NCBI RefSeq assembly: GCF_006345805.1
Contig: NW_021834683.1
Span: forward strand, 1 to 46,729
Direction of reading: 5' to 3'
Source of the DNA: Octopus sinensis
Taxonomy: Eukaryota
DNA: 46,729 nt
The notes below the pieces were generated by a model. That model was not told where the DNA came from, did no database searches, and saw nothing but the letters and a program-made list of their open reading frames with translations. Of this stretch, positions 22,360-32,884 are shown in pieces. Numbering within the stretch: position 1 is the stretch's first letter; each line of letters opens with the position of its first letter. A program made the position numbers and the translations under genes.

Positions 22360-22968
22360 AAATCTCAGAAATTTCCACCACCTAATCTGCAACTGGCTGG
22401 ATTAAAAGATAAACTTTGGAGTATTGTAAATAACATTAAATTCTACAAATTCCCTCATACAAAGAAACGAACACTTAAGGAAACTGTGCACACCAGCAAC
22501 GGATCTCAAGAAGAAAACAGATTCTTGTACAGATGAACGAAACCAGTAACTTATACCATTTAGACTATGATTTATACCACACTTGCTTAAAAAGGCAATC
22601 CTGAAAAATTACAAAATAACACATGAAAATAACAAAACTAATTTAAACTTACAGGCTAAACAAATCGTAGAAAAGTTAAAGTTAGAAGACAGGATTGAAC
22701 CTTACCAACCCAGACCCCAACAAGTCAACCTGAATGACCATAAACCTAACTTCACTACTAACCCACCTGTAAGGCTGATACGCCCCTCAAAAGCAGATTT
22801 AGGCAAAGCTAGTAAGCACGTCATTGATAAGTGCATACCCACACTTAAAAATACTATAAAACTTAACATATGGTCTAACTCCAATGATGTAATTGATTGG
22901 TTTTCCAGCATTAGCTGAAAAAAAAAGTAAAGTAAATTCATTCAGTTAGATATCTCTAACTTTTATTA
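22360..22968 (+). pseudogene. Penelope-like element reverse transcriptase fragment
   Basis: ORF 22583..22918 has NLNDHKPNFTTNPPVRLIRPSKADLGKASKHVIDK...NIWSNSNDVIDWF, followed by SKFIQLDISNFY. This resembles the N-terminal RT motifs of invertebrate PLEs. Subclade assignment is inference. Confidence 0.7.
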
Positions 22969-23204
22969 ACCTCATTCTCCTCAACAAGGCACAGCTATTT
23001 GCCATGAAAAATTCTTGTCTATCAAAGTATAGACTTCATTTCCTCTTTTTCACAGCACCCACAATCTGGATGTGATATTTTCTCACTTCCAACACAGAAC
23101 TGTAGCTCTTTTTTCCACACTTGCCATCCCTGAAGAGCACATATATTATATAACCACCCAGTTATCTAACATCTGGTGATAAACTGACTGGTAAGACCAG
23201 CTGT

Positions 23205-23700
23205 AATCATCATTTAATGTCTGTTTTCTATGCTGGCATGGGTTGACAGTTTGTCAGGAGCTGACCAGCTGAAGAACTGCCCTGGCTCCATGTCACTTTT
23301 GGCATGGTTTCTATGGCTGGAAGCGCTTCCTAATGCCAACCACTTTACAGAATATACTGGGTACTTTTATGCAGCACTGGTACAGGTGCCTTTATGTGGC
23401 CCCAGTTTAGGTGCTTTTTACATTGCACCAATACCCACGAGCCTGCAAGATTATGAATGCTCAGCTGGAGTGGGATGCAGGGACAAGTCTGTATGCAAAG
23501 ACAACCATGCTTTTATTAAGCTTGGTGTGTTTTTCCAAGCACAGCAAACCCTGTCATCCCCTCTGTGAATCCCAACATCTGTAGATCCTTTCTCACCACT
23601 TCGTCCCACATCTTCCTGGGTCTACCCCTTCCACATGTTCTCTCTATAGTTAGAAATCGGCACCTCTTGATGCAACTATCTTCATTCATACATCTTACAC
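23205..23700 (-). mobile_element. RTE LINE 3' fragment
   Basis: Minus-strand GRPRKMWDEVVRKDL motif plus the RTE tail. Confidence 0.7.
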
Positions 23701-23984
23701 AATAGATCTACAATATTGTATACCTAATGGGTCTACAATACTATACACTTTAAATAATATACCCACTCTATTGACAAAAACATATATCACCACCAGCCAG
23801 GTGCCCACCCTGTGTTCACGGGTTAACTTGCCAAGACTCCAGATCTGTTTGGAACATAATTGCCATTTGTTTAAGATAGTACATGATAAGGTCCCAATTC
23901 TTTTCATAATGACTGATTGATGTTGCCATTTATGTGTTGGTTCACCTGGTCTTATGGCATGTCACATACTCCACTTTCAGGCCA

Positions 23985-24235
23985 GCAAATCCATAGACCC
24001 GTTTTCTGCGACGATTTCACCTCAATCGAAGGAGAGGGGCTTTCTCCATCCGGATTGCAGATCCGTGGAATAAGCTGCCGGACGAGATAGTGAAGATGCC
24101 GACGACCGCTCGGTTCAAAGTCTCTCTTGACCAGAAATGGCCTGAACACTCTCCCTGTACATAACTCCATGTCCCCCTACATGGCCTTGCTTTTTGCTTT
24201 TTGAGCCAAAAAATTAACTTAACTTCTTCTGCACT
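23985..24235 (+). mobile_element. CR1 LINE 3' end
   Basis: Manual translation gives FLRRFHLNRRRGAFSIRIADPWNKLPDEIVKMPTTARFKVSLDQKW, ending in an aattaacttaactt tail. Confidence 0.75.
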
Positions 24236-24502
24236 CTTTGCTATTCCAGTTTCAAATATTAAGAGATAAGCATTCCCACCCTCAAACATAGTACTTGGGT
24301 TCACTCATGTAATTTAGCTGGTCAATCAAAACCAGGAATCAGAATGTGGACACTGCCACACAGTGCAGCATCTGTGGAGCCATACACGAGATAGAAGCAG
24401 GAGTGGGAACTAAATAGGATCTCAGTCAATTTCTGCAGGGAAACAACGGCTTCTCACCATGAGGTACTACCCTACACTCTATAGGGTATATGTATACATA
24501 TG

Positions 24503-24790
24503 AAGGCACATGGTTCAGTGGTTAGAGCACCGGGCTCACAATCACAAGGTAGTGAGTTCAATTCCCGGACTGGGCTGTGTATTGTGTTCTTGAGCAAGAC
24601 ACTTTATTTCATGTTGCTCCAGTTCACTCAGAAATGAGCTGCAACATTACTAGTGTCAAGCTGTCCTTTTCCTTGGATAACACTGGTGGCATGAAGAGGA
24701 GAGGCTGGTATGCATGTGTGACTGTTGGTCTTCCATAAACAACCTTGCTCAGACTTATACCTTGAAGGGTAATTTTCTAGGTGCAATCCC
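24503..24790 (+). mobile_element. tRNA-derived SINE, family C
   Basis: A-box-like tggttcagtggttagagc, B-box-like gagttcaattc, then ttgtgttcttgagcaagacact. Confidence 0.65.
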
Positions 24791-24861
24791 ATGGTCATTT
24801 ATGACTGAATGGGGTATTTATATAAATATATATATATATTTATACAACAGACTTCTACATA

Positions 24862-25100
24862 GTTTCCTATTTCTTTATTGCCCACAAGGGGCTAAACATA
24901 GAGGGGACAAACAAAGACAGACAAAAGGATTAAGTCGATTACATCAACCCCAGTGCATAATTGGTAATTAATTTATCGACCCCGAAAGGATGAAAGGCAA
25001 AGTCAACCTCAGCGGAATTTGAACTCAGAATGTAACGGCAGACACAAAAAACCGCTAAGCATTTTGTCCAGCGTGCTAACGTTTCTGCCAGCTTGCCACC
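24862..25100 (-). mobile_element. SINE family B
   Basis: Reverse complement of the 6957-7190 family. Confidence 0.8.
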
Positions 25101-25504
25101 TTCTACATAGTTCTACAGTTTCCATCTACCAAATTCATTCACAAGGCATTCATTGGACCAGGGCTATAGTAGAAGATACTTGCTCAAGGTGCTGTGCAGT
25201 GAAATTGAACCTAGAAACCATGCAATTGCAAGGTGAATTTCTTAACCACACTGCCATGCATCAAAAAAAAAAAAAAAAAGACAAAAGAATGTCTCAACAA
25301 AATGTCATAGCTAGAACAGTTTCAATCATACAGTTGCTGAATCAAGGCTGACCTGAGGTTAAGCAACAGCAACAACTTGAATCAAGCAATAACTTGTAGA
25401 TAATTCAAAGTCTTGATTTGTGTTCAGTTGATTAAGCAGTCTGAAATTACAAATATATATAAAATGGTGAGAAGCAGTTGTTTCCCTTCAGAGATTGACT
25501 GAGA

Positions 25505-25860
25505 TCACCATTCGAGTGTGATCGTTACCAGCGTCACCTTACTGGCACGTGAAAAAAACATTTGTGCGAGGTCGTTGCCAGTGCCGCTGGACTGGCTCCT
25601 GTGCAGGTGGCACATAAAAAACATCATTTGATCGTGGCCACTGCCAGTACTGCCTGACTGGCCCTCGTGTTGGTTGCACGTAAAAGCACCCAATACACTC
25701 TCAGAGTGGTTGGCATTAGGAAGGGCAGCCAGCTGTAGAAACTCTGCCAGATCAGATTGGAGTCTGGTGCAGCCATTCGGTTCACCAGTCCTCAGTCAAA
25801 TCGTCCAACCCATGCTAGCACGGAAAGCGGACGTTAAATGACGATGATGATGATGATGAT
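25505..25860 (+). mobile_element. RTE LINE 3' UTR fragment
   Basis: Matches 21100-21527 and ends (gat)n. Confidence 0.8.
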
Positions 25861-26135
25861 ATATATATCTACTTGTTTATATTTCGTTTTTGTATCTGGT
25901 TTGCAAGATTCTTTATGTAAATTTGTGTGTTGAAGCAAATTTTGTTGTGTCAGGGGTGAGTCATATTGTCTTAATAGCTCTTACACACATCATAACAAAA
26001 TGTGTTTGACACTTTTTGTTATCAAATATCTTCGTCAAAATACACTGCCTTTGTTTCAATTAGTTTTGAAAATAATAAAGAATTTAGTAAAATAACCTAA
26101 TGTATTATTAAGCTAGCTTTTGGAACATAAATTAA

Positions 26136-26355
26136 CCCTTTAGTGTTTAAACCGGCCATATCTGGCCCAAATATTCTAAATGTTTTATATTCAAATTGGC
26201 CATATCTAGCCTCTCACACCTAACCTACAGTGACATTCTAAAAATAAACAATCATATCATTGAAACCTCAAAGCTATAACATAATGCATGATTAATTCAA
26301 AACAATTTGAGTGAAAAAGTATTACATTTAATAGAGAAATTTGAACACCAAAGGG
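26136..26355. mobile_element. TTAA-type (piggyBac-like) MITE nested in another MITE
   Basis: ttaa-ccctttagtgtt ... aacaccaaaggg-ttta. Same family as 37412-37631 in opposite orientation. Confidence 0.65.
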
Positions 26356-27101
26356 TTTACATGGAAATTTGAAATATAGATCACTTTACAACAGAAAGGT
26401 GGTCACGAATGGGTTGGTGTCAAAAGAATTAAGGAATTGTTTCAGGATAACATAAAAGATCCAGTGATCATGCCACTTTCATCACTAACAGTTCCCAAAC
26501 TGTATGGAAGGTTCCACAAAAGGAGACAGTCTGAATGTTCTGTATTGTGTAGCAGCCCATCTGGAAATGAAGAACATATTTGCAAAAATGTTGTTAGTAA
26601 AATTTAGCTCAATAACTGAGTATCAGATGCAAATGTAAGTAGCAAAAGTGGAACATTTTATACAGTTGACAAGTTGATGGGAAAAGATAAGCAAATTTGT
26701 TTTACGTGAAAACTGAAATGTTTCCGAAGTGAAACTGGATTAGCACCAAAATTATATAAAACTACATGGGTGCTGGTGTGCCTCTGTGGTAAGAAGCTTG
26801 CTTCCCAGTTACAAAGTTTGAGTTTAGGTGTCTTTTACTTTAGCCTCAGGCTGACTAAAGCCTTGTGAATGAATTGGGTATATGGAAAGTAAAAGAAACC
26901 TGTTGTGTGTATATTCCTGTATGTTATATTTTAATAATTACTGGTATCTTTATATATTAAAAATATTTTATATGTAAAGCAAAACATGTTATACATGTAT
27001 GTATATTCTTGTAATTGTCATTTTAGTAAATAAATAAATAAGTTGACATAATATGTCAAAAATTGATGAACCACCTATTGATCCCCTCCATTTTCTTATT
27101 G

Positions 27102-27143
<42 letters not shown>

Positions 27144-27620
27144 GTGTGTGTTAGATAATAAATCATATGTTATACAACTGGTAAAGCACATTCACTTTCA
27201 CAGCGTGATCGTTGCCAGAGCAGCTGGCTTCCATGCTGGTGGCACGTAAAAAGCACCATTCAAGCGTGATCGTTACTAGCATCGCCTTACTAGCACGTGA
27301 AAAAAACATTCGTGTGAGGTCATAGCCAGTGCCGTTGGACTGGCTCCTGTGCAGGTGGCACGTAAAAAACAACATTTGAGTGTGGCCGTTGCCAGTACTG
27401 CCTGACTGGCTCTCGTACTTGTGGCACATAAAAGTACCCACTACACTCTCAGAGTGGTTGGCGTTAGGAAGGGCATCCAGCTGTAGAAACTGCCAGATCA
27501 GATTGGAGCCTAGTGTAGCCATCTGGCTCGCCAGTCCTCAGTCAAATCGTCCAACCCATGCTAGCATGGAAAGCGGACGTTAAACGATGATGATGACGAT
27601 GAGTGCCTGTTAGGTATTTA

Positions 27621-27878
27621 ATTAATGAGAGAGACAGAAGATGGAAGATACGAGAATGTTTATTGTATACACACACTGAGAAGAAAACTTGTGGAACAGA
27701 TGCTATTTTAAGGAGATACATCTTGTAATCACCTGAAGAGACACATCTACCCTGACGGATATTCCTAACCCAATTGTTTGGTATCCCATCTGTGAGGGAC
27801 TGATACTAGATGGGTCAAAACAATTGTAGCGATCAATAAACATTCTCATATTTTCCATCTTCCACCTCTCTCATTAAT
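27621..27878 (+). mobile_element. Short element with about 45-bp inverted arms enclosing a hammerhead motif (second copy at 28521-28778)
   Basis: attaatgagagag..gaagatggaagatacgagaatgtttattg versus caataaacattctcatattttccatcttcc..ctctctcattaat. Confidence 0.65.
27728..27833 (+). ncRNA. Hammerhead motif with a G12A lesion
   Basis: aucac-CUGAAGA-gacacaucua...uagauggguc-AAAAC-AAUU-GUA-gcgau. Stem III is the palindrome ACAAUUGU. Confidence 0.55.
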
Positions 27879-27994
27879 CAAATATGTATCATCATCATCA
27901 TTCAACGTTTATCTTCTATGCATTCATGGGTAGGACAGTTGACAGGAGCTGGCCAATAGAAAATCTACCCAAGGCTACTGTGTCTGTATATATA

Positions 27995-28051
<57 letters not shown>

Positions 28052-28627
28052 TAGATAATAAATCATATGTTATACAACTGGTAAAGCACATTCACTTTCA
28101 CAGCATGATCGTTGCCAGAGCAGCTGGCTTCCATGCTGGTGGCACGTAAAAAGCACCATTCAAGCGTGATCGTTACTAGCATCGCCTTACTAGCACGTGA
28201 AAAAAACATTCGTGTGAGGTCATAGCCAGTGCCGTTGGACTGGCTCCTGTGCAGGTGGCACGTAAAAAACAACATTTGAGTGTGGCCGTTGCCAGTACTG
28301 CCTGACTGGCTCTCGTACTTGTGGCACATAAAAGTACCCACTACACTCTCAGAGTGGTTGGCGTTAGGAAGGGCATCCAGCTGTAGAAACTGCCAGATCA
28401 GATTGGAGCCTGGTGTAGCCATCTGGCTCGCCAGTCCTCAGTCAAATCGTCCAACCCATGCTAGCATGGAAAGCGGACGTTAAACGATGATGATGACGAT
28501 GAGTGCCTGTTAGGTATTTAATTAATGAGAGAGACAGAAGATGGAAGATACGAGAATGTTTATTGTATACACACACTGAGAAGAAAACTTGTGGAACAGA
28601 TGCTATTTTAAGGAGATACATCTTGTA

Positions 28628-28733
28628 ATCACCTGAAGAGACACATCTACCCTGACGGATATTCCTAACCCAATTGTTTGGTATCCCATCTGTGAGGGAC
28701 TGATACTAGATGGGTCAAAACAATTGTAGCGAT
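28628..28733 (+). ncRNA. Hammerhead motif with a G12A lesion, duplicate
   Basis: Identical copy within the 900-bp duplication. Confidence 0.55.
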
Positions 28734-28886
28734 CAATAAACATTCTCATATTTTCCATCTTCCACCTCTCTCATTAATCAAATATGTATCATCATCATCA
28801 TTCAACGTTTATCTTCTATGCATTCATGGGTAGGACAGTTGACAGGAGCTGGCCAATAGAAAATCTACCCAAGGCTACTGTGTCTG

Positions 28887-28940
<54 letters not shown>

Positions 28941-29133
28941 GTAACAGAAAGCAGGAATTTCACTTATCCCCACATGGTGAGTTATCATCATCATCATCAT
29001 CGTTTAATGTCCGCTTTCCATGGGTTGGATAGTTCAACTGGGGTCTGGGAAGCCAGAAGGCTGCACCAGGCCCAGTCTGATCTGGCAGTGTTTCTACAGC
29101 TTGATGCCCTTCCTAACACCGTAGTGTATAAAA

Positions 29134-30193
29134 GAAATTAAAAAAGGAAAATACGCACACTTACATAGTTTTAATATAATTTTTAATATATCGACCGGTT
29201 TCGCTATTGCTATTCATGATAGTGTTGAATGCCTCACTGTTTCTGGGGTTGTGTGTTGATATAAATAGTAATGTGCAAAATCTTCCTTTACTAACTAGAG
29301 ATCCAAAAATGAATGACATCCTGAAAACACACAAACTCATCAAATGCAAAAAACAAGACAAATCACTACAGAGACTACTAACAAATGCGAAGCTTTACAA
29401 ACAACCACGAAACTAATGGTTGAAAAATGTGGACGCCCAAACTGTGGAACCTGCCCCAACCTACTTGAAGGCTCGGATTTCCTTTTCAAACAAGGACAGA
29501 GGTTCACAATTAAAACTAGTTTCACTTGTTCCTCTGAGAACCTAATTTATGTAATAACCTGCTTGGGTTGCAGACACAACTATATTGGACAAACGAGTAT
29601 GACCTCGAGAAAGAGAACCACTCTACATAAAAAGCAAATCTGTTTCCTGCAATACAGGCAAATTCCTCGCAGTGAACATATAGAAAAATGTGCAGATAAC
29701 ATCAAACCAAATTTCACAGATTTCCCCTTCTACCAGTGCAAAGACACAATATCTCCACAAGAACGTTAAAATAAAGAAACTTTTTTCATTGAAAAATACA
29801 GAACACGTCTTAATATGCATGCATAACCAACTTTTATCTTTTTACATATTTCAATTCACGATTACATCACTGTACATAAATCCCCTCACTAAACAAGGTT
29901 TTCGAAACTTGTTTTTGTCTGTACATATATATTCCCCTCCCATTACCGAAAGCTGAACAGTTATCTCCCTTACCCACAATAATAATAATGATAACCAATT
30001 ACCTCTCCTTATTTATCTACTTGTGAAGTTATTCACTTGTGAATATCATTACACACAACATGGACAAAATTTCTTCTTAAGAAAAAATACATATTCAAAT
30101 AAGTAAAACATAATATCATGAACAGTGATAGCAAAACCGGTCGATATATTATAAATTATATTAAAACTATGTGTATTTTCCTTTTTTAATTTC
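29134..30193 (+). mobile_element. Penelope-like element 3' remnant with inverted pLTR-like arms
   Basis: GIY-YIG ORF flanked by inverted arms 29134-29220 and 30113-30193, each with a decayed hammerhead ending (G/A)AAAC-CG-GUC-gauau. Confidence 0.75.
29344..29769 (+). pseudogene. GIY-YIG endonuclease remnant with Cys/His motifs (PLE)
   Basis: KCGRPNCGTC...FTCSSENLIYVITCLGCRHNYIGQT...R...H...SEH, a typical PLE GIY-YIG domain. Confidence 0.82.
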
Positions 30194-30458
30194 TCATATA
30201 TATACACATACACATATATGCAGAAGATTGAAAAGTAACACACGAGTTGATACGTATAAGGAAAATAAGACAAGGTAGAAAATGCTAAAATAATTTTATC
30301 ATGAAATGCATTTTGTGACAGTTAGTACCGGTTTCAGTCTTTCTGACTTTTTCAAATAAGAGTAAAAGATAGGCAGATATCAATTAAGAAGAAAAACAAT
30401 TAAATTGAAGAAAAGATTAAATGAAATGTTTTGTAAATATTTCCATAGTCTTCAAATA

Positions 30459-30662
30459 GGTAGGACATTTTCCTTTTTTTTCTCCCTTTTCCTTTGTGAA
30501 GGCTCGGTAGGTAGTAGCAGATCTGAAAAAATAGTGTTTACGGGTGCAAGAGAAATATTTGGTTCTGCACCTATAAACACTATTTTGTCAGATCTACTAC
30601 CTGCTGAGCCTTCACAAAGGAAAAGAGAGAGAGACAGACAGAAAAATGGAAAATGTCTTACC
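30459..30662. repeat. Fold-back inverted repeat of about 200 bp
   Basis: ttttcctttgtgaaggctc...gatctga.aaaatagtgttta.gggtgca versus tgcacctataaacactatttt.tcagatct...gagccttcacaaaggaaaa. It produces the mirror ORFs 30405..30674 and 30452..30667. Confidence 0.85.
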
Positions 30663-30664
30663 AC

Positions 30665-30708
30665 CAACTGCTGATGCTCAACAAAGCTTTGTAGAGCATC
30701 AGCAGTTG
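30665..30708. repeat. 44-bp spacerless palindrome with one mismatch
   Basis: caactgctgatgctcaacaaag|ctttgtagagcatcagcagttg. Confidence 0.9.
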
Positions 30709-30769
30709 TTGGTGATTGGAATATTTTCGAGACCGAAGAGAAGAACTAGTTTTGGGAATGTATTTCAAG

Positions 30770-31055
30770 CTATGCTGAGGAGATGCTTTTACCTGGAGAC
30801 ATTCTCAGTGTAGTAGAACACAGCATTCGGAGTGACTGCAATGGCTCTAGCTGATCGTCACCCATATTTAGAAGAGGAAGATATTTCCTTGATATGGGAT
30901 TATCATTTGCATAAAAGTAGGCACTGTTGAATGTAGAGATGAGTAGGTCACTGTTGTATAGAAGGAAGAGAGTTGGGTACAAAATGGAACTCTGGGAAAC
31001 ATCAGAGCTGATTAAGATTGGAGCAGAAAGAGCTTTGTCAACATATACAGTGATG
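30770..31055 (-). mobile_element. CR1/Jockey-group RT fragment, degenerate
   Basis: VYVDKALS...SSDVSQSSILYPTLFLLYNSDL...FYANDN corresponds to the SGVPQGS.L.P.LF..YINDL...YADD motifs. Confidence 0.7.
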
Positions 31056-31062
31056 GTACAGT

Positions 31063-31300
31063 TAGGGCGGCGTGCTGGCAGAATCGTTAGCACGCCGGGC
31101 GAAATGCTTAGCAGTATTTCGTCTGCTGCTACGTTCTGAGTTCAAATTCCGCCGAGGTCGACTTTGCCTTTCATCCTTTCGGGGTCGATTAAAGAAGTAC
31201 CAGTCATGCACTGGGGTCAATATAATCGACTTAATCCGTTTGTCTGTCCTTGTTTGTCCCCTCTGTGTTTAGCCCCTTGTGGGTAGTAAAGAAATAGGTA
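31063..31300 (+). mobile_element. SINE family B, young
   Basis: Full-length match with CpGs retained. Confidence 0.88.
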
Positions 31301-32848
31301 CAGTTAGACAAACTGCATTATGAAAGGTAAATGTATAACATGCTTAGATTTGGGTCCTGTCTCTAAGTTATGCAATTATATTGATGCTGATATATAATCA
31401 TTCCACAATCAGAGAAAATCCTAAACACTTTCGGTCCACAGCATTCCAGATAAAAGTTTATTATTGTTCTTTAATGAACTTTTTGCCAATATCAAGCTAC
31501 TTTTATTACCAGCTTCCTGCCACCACCATTAAAAGAAATTATTTACTATTTCAACCAAACCATCAATATATTATTCAATCCTTTCTTTAAACAGCCTCAT
31601 TTGTGAATCCATTTGTTGCACTGAGCACTTAATATTTCTTTTGACAAAGTATTATTATTACTGGTATTGTGGGTGTATGATCAATCCAGCTTGGCTCAAT
31701 ATTACTAGTAGAGGGGATGGATGATAAAATCAACTGGGTTCAATATCAATTTCAAATTTTGGGGCAAGGCCAGCAATTTTAGGGGCTGAGGTAAGTTGAT
31801 TACATTGACCCCTAATATATATAGCTGGTAGAAAACTAAGATCAATATTAATATTACTAGTGTAATGATCAGATGAGCAACACGGCTGGACTTCATATTT
31901 TCAATACTAGTATAGAAGGTGGATAACCAAGTCAACTGGAACCAGAATATTCTCATTACAGTAATCCCTTGACTGTTGCAGGTGTTATGACCCAAAAACC
32001 CCTGTTATTAAATATTTGTATTTTGGCTATTGGCTCTGCATTGTATCAAGAGGTTTAATTCTCAATTGCTGAGGCCACTTTACTCTAACTAGATACCGCA
32101 AGTGGTGTGATTTACTCCTGTAAGCAACAGGAATACTGAGGAGTGAAGTTGAGTGATTTATTCATCTAGAGCAGTGGTTCCCAAAGTGAGTGGTATTGTC
32201 CCCCTGGGGGAAGTGGAAAGATCCAGCAAGCAAGCAAGCAGGCAGGCAAGCAAGCAGGCAAGTAAGCAAGCAAACAAGAAAGACTGGCATGGGGAAATTA
32301 GATGTAACAGTAGCCAACTAGGTTATTAAGATACTATCAAATTTAATGAGAGCAAATAAATAAAAACAAAATTTACTCATATGTTTATGAATTTTAAATA
32401 GGATCAGGTATATACAAACACACATATGTAAATTCAAGCATACATGTTTATGCATGCTTGTAAACACCCAAACACAAAAATTTGTATACACTCACATACA
32501 TATATATATATACATGTACTTGTAAACATACAAATGGCTCAACAGTATAATTGACTGTTCCCTTCCCACAAATCTCTGGCTTTGTGCCTATATCAGAAAG
32601 AAGTCAAGGTCAGCTTTGCTCTTCATCTCTCATGGGTTGATAAAGTACTGATCAAGTGCTAGGTTTGATGCAACTGACTAATCCCTACTCCTTATTTTCT
32701 TACATTCTAAGTTCAAATCCAACTGAAGTCAACTTTGCCTTTCATTTCTCCAGGATTGATAAAATAAAGTACCAGTCAAGTACAAGCGGTGATGTAATAG
32801 ACTAAGTAATTCCTCACAAAACTGCTGGCCTTAAGCCAAAATTTGAAC

Positions 32849-32884
<36 letters not shown>

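Larger units (their letters stand above)
27141..28940 (+). repeat. Near-perfect tandem duplication, period 900 bp
   Basis: 27141-28040 versus 28041-28940. By eye, two substitutions outside the microsatellite (27205 g/28105 a; 27512 a/28412 g). Breakpoints lie in (TA)n(TG)n. Confidence 0.92.

Noticed and set aside
24330-24460. Exon-like segment with a strong minus-strand acceptor (ttgtttccctgcag)
   Set aside because: The same sequence recurs inverted near 25463-25505, so it is a repeat fragment.
25353-25440. AG/GT-bounded minus-strand exon candidate
   Set aside because: It has stops in all three frames and overlaps a repeat tail.
30405-30674. Two overlapping antisense ORFs with similar peptides
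   Set aside because: This is a consequence of the DNA fold-back symmetry.
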